A DNA stretch of 64,000 bases from an uncultured Candidatus Saccharibacteria bacterium. Lineage in GTDB: Bacteria > Patescibacteriota > Minisyncoccia > Phycocordibacterales > UBA918. The notes below the pieces were generated by a model, which was not told the DNA's origin, searched no databases, and worked only from the letters and a program-made list of their open reading frames with translations. A program made the position numbers and the translations under genes. Positions 36,206 to 45,452 of this stretch are shown here, piece by piece (positions within the stretch are counted from its first letter, which is position 1; every line of letters starts with the position of its first letter). The stretch lies in assembly GCA_964552045.1 (NCBI GenBank), contig CAZKFF010000007.1:3949-67948 (forward strand), written 5' to 3'.

Positions 36206-37006
36206 CTAGCCTCCTTCCTCATCCGGATACCAGTCCAGAAGCACGACGTCAATATCCTTTCCTCCCGCTTCGACAAGCGCCTTGAATTTTTCCACGTCGC
36301 TGAGGCCGTCCTGTCCACGATAATGGTACGGATACACAACCGACGGCGCGAACGCCAGAACCGCGTCGGCTGCAGTCTCCACATCCATGGTGTACGGAGG
36401 ATTCATCGGAACGAACGCGACATTGATATTGCGCAGTGCGCGCATTTCCGGGGTATCCGCAGTGTCGCCCGCGATATATACCCGGGTATCGATGCGCTCC
36501 ACTATGTACCCGTTGCCTCTTCCTTTGACATGGCGGCTGTCCGGAGACTCCGGCAGGTTGTACATCGGCACCGCTTCAATAACGAAGCCCTCAAGCGTGG
36601 TTGAGGCACCGTTTACCAGAACCGTTGCCTGTTCCTGCAGCGCAGAAGGAAGCAGATCGGCCACAGCCTGCGGGACAACCAGGCGTGTCTGCGGCACAGC
36701 AAGCGCCTCAAGCGTGCTCGTACTGAAATGATCGCCATGGATGTCGGTTATCAGAATGATGTCAGGAGTTGATGTCGGATACTTCGCTTTTTCTCCCACA
36801 GGATCGACATAGATGGTCTGCCCTCCCCACTCCAATACCATCGAGGCATGTTCGATAGGCGTAAAGGTGAAGACCGCCTCCCCTGCTTCGGTGCCCGCAG
36901 TATCAGACGCGGTATTGTTGTATATGGTGTCTGTGCTTCTGTTCACAAGCCAAAAAACGATGCCGGCCAGAGCGGCGATCACGACGATGCCAATGATACT
37001 TTTCAT
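36206..37006 (-). CDS. MBL-fold metallo-hydrolase, membrane-anchored
   Basis: HAS, YVDP, ITDIHGDHF, YIAGDT, PYHY. Confidence 0.9.
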   Translation of the reverse strand: MKSIIGIVVIAALAGIVFWLVNRSTDTIYNNTASDTAGTEAGEAVFTFTPIEHASMVLEWGGQTIYVDPVGEKAKYPTSTPDIILITDIHGDHFSTSTLEALAVPQTRLVVPQAVADLLPSALQEQATVLVNGASTTLEGFVIEAVPMYNLPESPDSRHVKGRGNGYIVERIDTRVYIAGDTADTPEMRALRNINVAFVPMNPPYTMDVETAADAVLAFAPSVVYPYHYRGQDGLSDVEKFKALVEAGGKDIDVVLLDWYPDEEGG

Positions 37007-37111
37007 AGGATTTCAGTATGTTCCTTACAGATGAATAAATAATGAACCAACGATTCATCCATTATAGTCCAGGAAATTTATCTGTTAAGTTGTGTGCCAT
37101 AATTATGGGTA

Positions 37112-38167
37112 ATGCCCAAAGGCCGCAAAAACAGCATTCTCTACAGCGTGCTGTTTGCGCGTATAGCTGTGTGGCTTCTTTTCTGTGTGCTGGTGGGATG
37201 CAGCGGCGTGCTCATCTTCCTTTTGAAGACCCAGCAGATCGCGTTCGACGCGGCAGTGCACAGCACACGCCATGTCGCACATACCGAACAAGCTGCCGGG
37301 GAGATCGTCGCTTTCCCGCTCGGGGTCGATCCTTTGCGCGAAGTGATCGTTGAAGACCCCGCAGTTGAAACATTCCTGAAGACGAACATCACCCAACGGC
37401 GCACGCCTGCGGGAAAGCTCTCCTGGCTGCACACCCTCACCTCCAAGCTCGCGCTTTTTGAGTGGTACCAGAATCTCGCCTCGCCGGTAAGCAGGCTCCT
37501 CATAATCGACTCCGGAGAACGAAAAGAGGAGGTCGCGTCACATTTCGGTTCCATACTCCAGTGGGACGAGCAGCAGCGCGCGCGTTTTGTGGCGCTCGTT
37601 GCAAGCTCGTCCCCAGAACTCTCCGAAGGGAAGTTCTATCCGGGGAACTATGCAGCATACACAGACGCGAGCCCGGAGGATATTGCAACACTCGTCACCG
37701 ACCGGTTCAATACGAACATCGTCTCCCGCTACCCCGAGGAAATAGACGAGGTGGTACCGCTTGAGAATGCGCTCATCATCGCATCCCTTCTTGAACGCGA
37801 GGCGTACGATTTCGAAGACATGCGCTATATCTCCGGCGTGATCTGGAACCGCCTTTTTATTGACATGCACCTACAGATAGACGCGAGCCTCCAATACGCG
37901 AAAGGCACGCACTCAGACTCACAGTGGTGGCCCTCGGTAGTGCCTGCAGACAAATACATAGAGTCGCCGTTCAATACGTACGAACATGCGGGACTTCCTC
38001 CCGCGCCGATCGCTAATCCTTCTCCTGAGGCGATACTTGCGGCGCTCAATCCGAAGAAGACAGACTGTCTCTTCTATTTTCATGATCGCAACGGGGGTTT
38101 CCACTGCACAGCAACCTACGAGGAACATGTGGCGCTTCTGAAACAGCTGTACGGAAGAGGACAATAA
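37112..38167 (+). CDS. mltG: Endolytic transglycosylase MltG
   Basis: IIASLLEREA, SGVIWNRL, LQIDASLQY, SPFNTY..GLPPAPIANP. Confidence 0.92.
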   Translation: MPKGRKNSILYSVLFARIAVWLLFCVLVGCSGVLIFLLKTQQIAFDAAVHSTRHVAHTEQAAGEIVAFPLGVDPLREVIVEDPAVETFLKTNITQRRTPAGKLSWLHTLTSKLALFEWYQNLASPVSRLLIIDSGERKEEVASHFGSILQWDEQQRARFVALVASSSPELSEGKFYPGNYAAYTDASPEDIATLVTDRFNTNIVSRYPEEIDEVVPLENALIIASLLEREAYDFEDMRYISGVIWNRLFIDMHLQIDASLQYAKGTHSDSQWWPSVVPADKYIESPFNTYEHAGLPPAPIANPSPEAILAALNPKKTDCLFYFHDRNGGFHCTATYEEHVALLKQLYGRGQ

Positions 38168-38180
38168 CGCGGTGCGTGTG

Positions 38181-38309
38181 TCACTCTGCCGACGTCGATG
38201 CACGCGATTGTACCTCAACGATCTCGAGGTCAGGCAGATTGAGACTGAACCAGACCAGTGCAAGCGAGCCGATGAGCAACACTCCTATTATCAGATACGT
38301 TAGTTTCAT
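38181..38309 (-). CDS. Putative small single-TM protein (42 aa)
   Basis: Read manually: MKLTYLIIGVLLIGSLALVWFSLNLPDLEIVEVQSRASTSAE. Confidence 0.45.
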   Translation of the reverse strand: MKLTYLIIGVLLIGSLALVWFSLNLPDLEIVEVQSRASTSAE

Positions 38310-38443
38310 ACGTGTCCATGCTACACCGCACATATTAATGTGATGTGAAACAACGCTTCACATACAACTCATATGCCCAATAGAAATGCCCCGCGCATTA
38401 CTGCGCGGGGCGGGAACTCAGAATGAACACAGATGCTGGGGGA

Positions 38444-39196
38444 TCACTGTCCGGGCCGACGAGAACGCCGGGCAATGGCGGAAGCGACGCCAGCGAGCAT
38501 CTCAGAGAGGCCCTTGCCGTCGCGCGAAGCGCCCGGCACGGAACGCGCACGAACCGTACCCACGATCTCCGCAAGGTCGCCCTTGATGGCTTCCGCCATG
38601 CCCGGCGGGAGGTCCTTCAGGGCTTCGTCGACCGACATCGGCCGGCCGTCTGGGCCGAGGGCCATGATCCCGTCGAGGGGATCGGACCGATCGCCGCCAA
38701 ACATCTCCTTGAAGTACTCTTCGTAGAGCGTGGTGTGATCAACCCAGCCGATGGTCCAGTCCTCGTCGACGTACAGATGGTCGATCTTGTTGTCGCCGGC
38801 TTCGGGAAACTGCCGGACGACCTCCTCGTGGAGGAGGGTCATCACATAGCTGATGCGCCGCATCCGCGTGTCGAGCTGTGCGTCGAACAGCTTCTGCTGC
38901 TCCTTCACCGACTCGACGCCAGCCTTGGTATCCGCTTCGTTCTCGGCGAAGATCGTGTCGACCTTGTCGTGCAGGTCTTTCTTCTTGAAATCCCGCACGA
39001 ACCGATCGCACTCGCCTTTGAGGTCGGAGAGGTGGATGATGATCCGTTTGGTGAAGTCGTCCGGCATGCCGAACGCCTTGAAGTGGCTGAATTTCTGCGC
39101 GCCAGGTGCGTAGGTCTCGCCGACCTCGATTGTTGCGAGTATATCCAGCAGACCCTGGATGGAGGAAGCGGCCGAGATGGCAGCGTGTGCGTTCAT
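38444..39196 (-). CDS. Hypothetical protein (GC-rich, SD-led)
   Basis: GAGGAG before ATG; acidic helical sequence; downstream hairpin gccccgcgca-ttac-tgcgcggggc. Confidence 0.7.
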   Translation of the reverse strand: MNAHAAISAASSIQGLLDILATIEVGETYAPGAQKFSHFKAFGMPDDFTKRIIIHLSDLKGECDRFVRDFKKKDLHDKVDTIFAENEADTKAGVESVKEQQKLFDAQLDTRMRRISYVMTLLHEEVVRQFPEAGDNKIDHLYVDEDWTIGWVDHTTLYEEYFKEMFGGDRSDPLDGIMALGPDGRPMSVDEALKDLPPGMAEAIKGDLAEIVGTVRARSVPGASRDGKGLSEMLAGVASAIARRSRRPGQ

Positions 39197-39341
39197 TGAG
39201 TGCTCCTCTTGAGGTGATCAGGACGTTTTTTGTCCGTCGATATAATGACACAAAAATTTTTTGAGTCAATACCCTCCCTTTAAAGCCTGATGCGGCTTGC
39301 TCTGTGGTGCACCGCATACGGTATGTGTATACTCTGTGGCA

Positions 39342-39947
39342 ATGGAACACATCAGGAAGCATTTCAAGAAAGCCGACCCCGTTCTCTATGCCGCTATCGC
39401 GGGAGAAGGCTGGCATGCTCTCACGCGTACGCACGACCACTTCGCCGGACTGTGCCGCATTGTCATCGGACAGCAGGTCTCGACCAAAGCAGCGGCATCT
39501 ATCTACGAAAAATTTCGCACGCTCTTTCCCCGCAAGAAACCGACCATGCAGGGAGTGCTCGCCTTAAGCGAAGAAGCTCTGCGCTCGGCAGGACTCTCCC
39601 GTTCAAAGGCGCTGTCGATCAAAGACATCGCCACCGGCATCCAGAACAAGGAGATCATACTCAAAGGCATTGAGAACAGAAGCAATGAAGAGGTCATCGC
39701 CATGCTTGTACAGGCACGCGGCATTGGGCCATGGAGTGCGGAGATGTTTCTCATCTTCTATCTCGGCCGCGAAGACGTGTTCTCCCCGGGCGATTACGGC
39801 CTGCGCATGGCGATCATGAAGCTCTATAAGAAACGAAACCTCCCCTCTCCGGAAGCATCCGCGAAGATCGCAAAAGCCTGGGCGCCGTACCGCAGCTACG
39901 CCTGCCTGATACTCTGGGAGACGCTCAACAACAAGCCTGCTGAATAG
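39342..39947 (+). CDS. DNA-3-methyladenine glycosylase II (AlkA family, HhH-GPD)
   Basis: IVIGQQVS, GLSRSK, RGIGPWSAEMFLIF, DVFSPGDYG, WAPYRSYA. Confidence 0.93.
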   Translation: MEHIRKHFKKADPVLYAAIAGEGWHALTRTHDHFAGLCRIVIGQQVSTKAAASIYEKFRTLFPRKKPTMQGVLALSEEALRSAGLSRSKALSIKDIATGIQNKEIILKGIENRSNEEVIAMLVQARGIGPWSAEMFLIFYLGREDVFSPGDYGLRMAIMKLYKKRNLPSPEASAKIAKAWAPYRSYACLILWETLNNKPAE

Positions 39948-40099
39948 TGCACACAATACACGGCTGCGGGGGTGTGACCCCGCAGCCGTGTTCCACACGC
40001 TCCAGTGTATCTTTATTTCAAAAGCATATTTTGCAAAAAGCACATGTGCGTGCTTAAGTAGGTACAGACCACTCTGTTCCAACACAACGGGAGAAGATC

Positions 40100-40828
40100 A
40101 TGCCCATCACTGATGCCGACAAGGAAAAATGGCCCCTCGTGCAAGCACGTCTGCGTGCCGTCGTCGGAGAAGATGCATACGCTTCCTTTCTTGTGTCTTT
40201 GCGCCTGGAGGAGATCGACGAAGCGAAGCTGTACTGCTCGGTCCCGTCGCCATTCCTCAAGAAATGGATCAAAGACCACTATGCGGAAGAGCTTCTTGCC
40301 GCCGCTGTGCAGGAATGGCCAGACACCACCACGGTGTATGTCCTCAGGCGGAGCATCGGCGTCCCGATTATTATCGGGGAGCAGCACGAGGAGACCGAAG
40401 CCCCGCAGCAGGGGCCGCAGCGCTTCAGCTATACTCGGATGGTCGCAGAGACACAGCCGATGTATGAAAAGCAGGAGGATCTGGAATCTGACGATCCGCC
40501 TGTGCTTCCGCAACAGGGATCCGATCGCCGCATCCACATCGAAGAGATACAGCAGGGCACGGGCCGAAAGTACAAGATCGCCCGCACACGTTTGCTTTCA
40601 CGCGAACGTCCACGCGATATCTCCCTGCCGCGCCAGATCGGGATGTTCCTTTCCAAGTACATGACCGACCGTTCGCTTCACGAGATCGGCCGCCATTTCG
40701 GCGGGCGGGACCACACGACGGTCGTGCAGGCCATCAAAAAGATACGAACGCTCATCTACTCCGACCTCGAGTTCGCCTACGAAGTGGCGAGCCTCGAAGC
40801 ACAGATCAGGAACCTCACGATCGCCTGA
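40100..40828 (+). CDS. Mini-DnaA: domain I, linker and domain IV, with no AAA+ domain
   Basis: N-terminal W..VQARLR..VGEDAY.SF...SVPSPFLKKWIKDHY; C-terminal PRQIGMFL...SLHEIGRHFGGRDHTTV; no Walker A/B. Confidence 0.88.
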   Translation: MPITDADKEKWPLVQARLRAVVGEDAYASFLVSLRLEEIDEAKLYCSVPSPFLKKWIKDHYAEELLAAAVQEWPDTTTVYVLRRSIGVPIIIGEQHEETEAPQQGPQRFSYTRMVAETQPMYEKQEDLESDDPPVLPQQGSDRRIHIEEIQQGTGRKYKIARTRLLSRERPRDISLPRQIGMFLSKYMTDRSLHEIGRHFGGRDHTTVVQAIKKIRTLIYSDLEFAYEVASLEAQIRNLTIA

Positions 40829-40845
40829 TGTCTGATCACAACTCC

Positions 40846-40875
40846 AAAGCCGCCGCCATAGGCGGCTTTTTGTTT
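40846..40875. terminator. Terminator hairpin between convergent genes
   Basis: aaagccgcc-gccata-ggcggctttttgtttt. Confidence 0.7.
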
Positions 40876-40881
40876 TGCTGC

Positions 40882-41430
40882 TCAAAACCGTTTTGTGATG
40901 CGCTCCACAGTATTAAGCGTCCGTGTGGTGATATCTTTCCCAAGCAGTTTCTCGAGCTTCAGCATGAAGTCCGGCGTCTTTGCGACAGTGGTATCAACCA
41001 CACTGCACAGGGCATTGAGCTCTGTGTCATAGCTGATACTCCCTGACTGCTTGTCCTTCAGAAGCGGCGCAAGCGCCGTGGTGTATGCGCCAGCTTTCAG
41101 AAAGGTGATAATGAGGTACGTCTCTTTCGAGTGCTTCAGCGTCCCAAAGGGTACAGTTTTCAAGAAAGTTTCAAGCTCCCCTTTTGTGCGGATGAATGTC
41201 GCCACGTCTATGCCGTGCGTATCGCGGAATGCCTGCTCCACCTGCTTCTCGAGCTTCGCAGTATTCTTCTCTGCCGACTCGAAGAGCATGTTCCCGCTTG
41301 AGATGAACGAACGGACATTTTCGAAGCCGCAGGATTCAAACACCTTCCGCAGGCTTTCATTGGATTTTCTCGGGTCGCCCGGCCCGATGCCGCGTAAGAA
41401 AGCGGCGTATGAAATTGGTTTCGCTTTCAT
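40882..41430 (-). CDS. DUF1697-family protein
   Basis: YAAFLRGI, GFENVRSFISSGN, ITTRTLNTV. Confidence 0.85.
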   Translation of the reverse strand: MKAKPISYAAFLRGIGPGDPRKSNESLRKVFESCGFENVRSFISSGNMLFESAEKNTAKLEKQVEQAFRDTHGIDVATFIRTKGELETFLKTVPFGTLKHSKETYLIITFLKAGAYTTALAPLLKDKQSGSISYDTELNALCSVVDTTVAKTPDFMLKLEKLLGKDITTRTLNTVERITKRF

Positions 41431-41432
41431 GG

Positions 41433-42128
41433 CTAGTACACTTCTGTTTTTTCAACCTGCTTGATGAGCTCGTAGGGGATCACCTCGCCTTCTTTGCTTA
41501 AGAAATACGGCAGCTGGTTGTGCGTGAACCCGACGATCTCGTTGGTCTTCGCATCCTCCCATTTCTTCCAGACCTTGCGGATGTGCGAGAGCTCCGCCTT
41601 TGAAAGAAGATCGAGCTTGCGCCCCTGCGATGCACGTGTCTCCTCTATCTCGTACATGTGGTAGTCCTCGCGCAAAACCTGTCTGATGTTGAGCTCGCCC
41701 TTCTCCTCCATCTCCTCAACAAGCCGGAAGTACGCGTCCGAGACCGGACCGAAGGCGATCTTGCGGTATGAAAGTCCGCTCATGCTCTCCCCGTGCTCGT
41801 AGTACCAGGAGAAGTCTGCCAGATACAAAAGCTTCGCAAGCTTCGTCTTCTTCAGGACCTTCCCGCTTGCCTTCGCTTCGCGCAAAAAGGCCAGAAGCAT
41901 CTGCTTGTACTTCAGCACATTGGGTATCTGCGTGCGCGAGAGCTCGTCAACGGTGATGCCGAAGAGATTCGCAATGGCCGCAGCCTCTGCGAGTGTGAGT
42001 TCCTTTGTTCCTTTCTCCACCGCCACGTACGACGGGCGCGACATGTGCGCGTTCTCTGCCACCTCTGCCTGCGAGAGCTGCTTCTCCTCGCGCAGCCGTT
42101 TTATAAATGATGCGTATACTGTACTCAT
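41433..42128 (-). CDS. XRE-HTH fused to a Panacea/SocA (DUF4065) antitoxin-like domain
   Basis: IKRLREEKQLSQAEVA...YVAVEKG; KTKLAKLLYLADF...YRKIAFGPV...THNQLPY. Confidence 0.85.
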   Translation of the reverse strand: MSTVYASFIKRLREEKQLSQAEVAENAHMSRPSYVAVEKGTKELTLAEAAAIANLFGITVDELSRTQIPNVLKYKQMLLAFLREAKASGKVLKKTKLAKLLYLADFSWYYEHGESMSGLSYRKIAFGPVSDAYFRLVEEMEEKGELNIRQVLREDYHMYEIEETRASQGRKLDLLSKAELSHIRKVWKKWEDAKTNEIVGFTHNQLPYFLSKEGEVIPYELIKQVEKTEVY

Positions 42129-42204
42129 ATACGCATATGATACACCCGTTATGTCAATTTTTAGACACAAGGTGTTGATATTTTGACATACACCTTTTCT
42201 TGTC

Positions 42205-44787
42205 CTACAACGTTGGACTCAGGATAGTATGTAGTGATGAGATCAGCTTCTCCTTCTGTGTATCTACACTTTGGAGGAGTTCACCAATCCCCCCTTCAAT
42301 CTTATTAAATTCTTGATTAATTTTTTGCTGCTTTGATTGCTTAATTTGGGGAGTTCGAATTGTTCCGAGAGTATCAAAACTCAAAGAATCGCGTATTGAA
42401 CCTGTCGAAACAACATCCATATACATCTTATAGAATGGTGATCGAAGCAAATGTACTAAAAATTGTGGATCATATTGGGTTGAACGAAACACAACATACG
42501 CAGGACTAACATATGCACCATCGTACTCTTCAGATACTACCCCTATACTTCCAATATTTATACGATATGGATTATAAGCAATGTCACCTTTGCTTACCCG
42601 CTTGTATGACTGCGTAAAATCCTCCCCTTTAAGATAATTATTAAGAGAGATTTTTCCATCATTTGTGACTGAAAGTATCGGATACTCAGCATCCATTTCC
42701 TCATCAGTTCTTGGACGGAATCGTTCACTATGTTCCTTGATAACTCCAGCCAGCGGTTCAAAAGAATTGAGTATATCTCCAACTTGGTAGCGCAAAAAAT
42801 AAAATGGTGGATCTAATCTATTCTCAATCTCACTGAAATTGACGACAAATGAAGTCTTTAGTCCTTTTTGAGTACCCCTTATAGTTTGTTCGACACGTCG
42901 CAGAGGTTTCTCGTCGTAGTGATTTTTTGCAAATTCAATCACATCAATATCTGGCGTTGAGATAACCTGTTGTTTAACAAAGTCCTCAAGGATCAAATCA
43001 AGATCTGTTTTTTCATCTTTTTTTACGATCAAACGCCCGCTGGGTTCATATCCCACGAACTCGGCAGATGCCATGAAAATCGGATAATTGAAATCTGGAT
43101 TAGTAGCTAGTAACTTTCTGATTTGGTCTACATTTTTACCTTTTGTTTGCTCTTCGTAGAGTTTCCTTTTTTCTTCAGTAAACTTCTGCACGTAGAGTAC
43201 ACAGGTCTTTACAGTCTGTACTCCAGACTGGACAAAGGTGTGCGTGGGTAGCGAAATTATACCCCGAACCTCAACTTCACTGTGCAGATAATCTCTTACA
43301 TATTGATAACTTTCGTTGCTCAAAATACCCTGCGGAATTACTATAAGCATTTTCCCTTGGGGGCGAAGCAACTTTATTCCTTTTTCAAGGAAAAGTATCT
43401 CAGTTTTCTGTGACCCACGCTCCGCCTGCTTGCTACCGAGTTCATAACGACGGAGAACTTCCGGTTTCTTTTCTGCACTACCGAAAGGAGGATTGGCTAA
43501 AATGACACTGCACCCACTATTTTTTACCTCAGGATCATATTCGGTCGGCTCGTAGGCTTTTCCATTAAAATCAACGTCATCAAGGGCATTACCTCGAACC
43601 ACATTTTTCCCATCCCCCCACATAAGCATGTTCATTTTTGCTGTACGCGCTGCTCGTGGTTCAGCATCTATCCCATGCAACTGGCCTACTCGTATGTCAT
43701 CCATGAATTCGTCCTTGTTTACACCCAGTCGATCCCAAGTACCATCTGGCAATTGATCAACCAAACGTTGCATCCTTTCGAATGCTTTGATCAAAAAACC
43801 ACCAGAGCCGCATGCAAAATCAACAACAACATCATGTATTGATATTTCAGCGAGATCTACCATAAAGTTGACGACGGGGCGAGGTGTGAAGAACTGGCCC
43901 AGCCCTTTGCCTCGCAATTGTGTTGGCAAGAACTCCTCAAAAGCTCGCCCCTTTACGTCAACTTCCCCACTCCGAACGTGAAATCCCTGCATCGCACTTA
44001 AGACTTGCTTAAGAGTTTGAAGTGAGAGATTTATTTTAGTGTTCTCTTCAAAAATATCTGAATAAAATTCTCGAGTTACTTTACTGAACCACATATTTAC
44101 GTGGTCCCTGCCGGTACCCAATGTCTCGAGCTCCTCAATACGTTCTGGTGTCAAAACTGATTGTCCCCCCTTCTGTTTTTTCCACTCATCTTCTGCTGCT
44201 TTGAGGAATAATATTTTACTCATTTCATCAAAAGAACCTGCAGGATCCAACTTATCTCCATCTCGAATAATGTTATGAATGCTTCTGAAAAATCTGCGAT
44301 AATCTTTTATCTTTTGCTCGTCAGGTCTCTCAACCTTGTTTTCTTGCTCACTCATGGCAGACAAGACATTTGCAAACGAGATCAGCTCTTTCAGTTTCTT
44401 CCAGTTATTCTTTTTGAGCTCCTCGACGCTTTCCTCAAGAATGTTTATACGACTATTGAAAGAGTAGTACCCTCGTAGGATAAACCGACGGCCATTTGTG
44501 ACAATACTATAAGGAGTCTGGAGAGCAAACGCGTAGGAGTCAACTTGGTCAATTCCTGACTGAAGTGTTTCAGTTGGCTTCTTTGCCTCAACAACTAGAA
44601 CTGGTTTACCATTATGAAATGCAACCAGATCAGCTTTTTTGGTTGTTTTCTGCCTACCGAAAGTAAGTTTAACTGGATAGTCAGTTTGAATACTCTCTTC
44701 TGGATACCCTAGAGTATCTTTGAAGAGGGGGTAGACTAATTTTGTTTCAATATCCCTTTCAGATTCAATAATATTTAAAGTCGGCAT
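42205..44787 (-). CDS. Single-chain restriction-modification enzyme (HsdR_N-type nuclease, N6-adenine MTase, specificity domain; type IIG-like)
   Basis: ERDIETK...ADLV...VVEAKK...Q..SYA...VTNG; GQFFTPRPV, DFACGSGGFL, ILANPPFG; C-terminal TRD-like GDIAYNPYR...VSPAYVVF; AT-rich. Confidence 0.9.
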   Translation of the reverse strand: MPTLNIIESERDIETKLVYPLFKDTLGYPEESIQTDYPVKLTFGRQKTTKKADLVAFHNGKPVLVVEAKKPTETLQSGIDQVDSYAFALQTPYSIVTNGRRFILRGYYSFNSRINILEESVEELKKNNWKKLKELISFANVLSAMSEQENKVERPDEQKIKDYRRFFRSIHNIIRDGDKLDPAGSFDEMSKILFLKAAEDEWKKQKGGQSVLTPERIEELETLGTGRDHVNMWFSKVTREFYSDIFEENTKINLSLQTLKQVLSAMQGFHVRSGEVDVKGRAFEEFLPTQLRGKGLGQFFTPRPVVNFMVDLAEISIHDVVVDFACGSGGFLIKAFERMQRLVDQLPDGTWDRLGVNKDEFMDDIRVGQLHGIDAEPRAARTAKMNMLMWGDGKNVVRGNALDDVDFNGKAYEPTEYDPEVKNSGCSVILANPPFGSAEKKPEVLRRYELGSKQAERGSQKTEILFLEKGIKLLRPQGKMLIVIPQGILSNESYQYVRDYLHSEVEVRGIISLPTHTFVQSGVQTVKTCVLYVQKFTEEKRKLYEEQTKGKNVDQIRKLLATNPDFNYPIFMASAEFVGYEPSGRLIVKKDEKTDLDLILEDFVKQQVISTPDIDVIEFAKNHYDEKPLRRVEQTIRGTQKGLKTSFVVNFSEIENRLDPPFYFLRYQVGDILNSFEPLAGVIKEHSERFRPRTDEEMDAEYPILSVTNDGKISLNNYLKGEDFTQSYKRVSKGDIAYNPYRINIGSIGVVSEEYDGAYVSPAYVVFRSTQYDPQFLVHLLRSPFYKMYMDVVSTGSIRDSLSFDTLGTIRTPQIKQSKQQKINQEFNKIEGGIGELLQSVDTQKEKLISSLHTILSPTL

Positions 44788-44902
44788 ATCAGATAAAAAT
44801 ACGAACAAACGTCAGAATTTTATTGTACACCCTGAGGGTGTGGGGTGGGAAGAGAAGTTATTAGGAGGGTACCATTACTCAATATTAACAAAACAAGAGG
44901 CT

Positions 44903-45424
44903 TTACAATTGAAGAACTGTGCTTATCTTCTCAACCTCTTCCTGAAAATCGCTCCCAACCACCACCCTTCGGAGCGGCAAACCGGCTTTTTTAAATATCT
45001 CATCCTTTCGCCTGTCTTTTTCTATTTGGGCATCATTGTTGTGGTACTTTCCATCAAGCTCAATAGCGAGTAGAGGCCTGAACTGCAGATCGCAAATAAG
45101 AAAATCAATATGCTTGGGTAGAATTTTGTTTCTCCGAACTTTATATCCGTCGCCTTTTACAGTCTCCAGAACGTCCGCAATCCGCATGTTTGGAAAAATA
45201 AAAAAGTCATCTCCCAGTTCCTTCTCAAGAAGATAGTAAAAAGACGCCTCACTGGCGTTCAGTACACGCCGCTTTATTCGGTACTCAGGAAGTATTCGTA
45301 TCTCTTTTTCTTCTTCGGCGAGAGCAGTTTCGGCTTCTATCATCCGTCTGATTTTCTTGCGGAACCACAGAACCACAAACATCAGGATGAGAAGCCAAAA
45401 GAGTAACGAGAAGATCAGTTCCAT
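44903..45424 (-). CDS. DUF2726-domain protein with an N-terminal TM
   Basis: LNASEASFY, MRIADV, KHIDFLICD, AIELDGKYH, RDEIF-like KDEIF..AGLPL. Confidence 0.85.
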   Translation of the reverse strand: MELIFSLLFWLLILMFVVLWFRKKIRRMIEAETALAEEEKEIRILPEYRIKRRVLNASEASFYYLLEKELGDDFFIFPNMRIADVLETVKGDGYKVRRNKILPKHIDFLICDLQFRPLLAIELDGKYHNNDAQIEKDRRKDEIFKKAGLPLRRVVVGSDFQEEVEKISTVLQL

Positions 45425-45452
45425 GTCTTTTCATTATATATCCTGAACAGCA

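Noticed and set aside
38423-39199. 258-aa plus-strand ORF
   Set aside because: Antisense shadow of the SD-led minus-strand gene, typical of high third-position GC.
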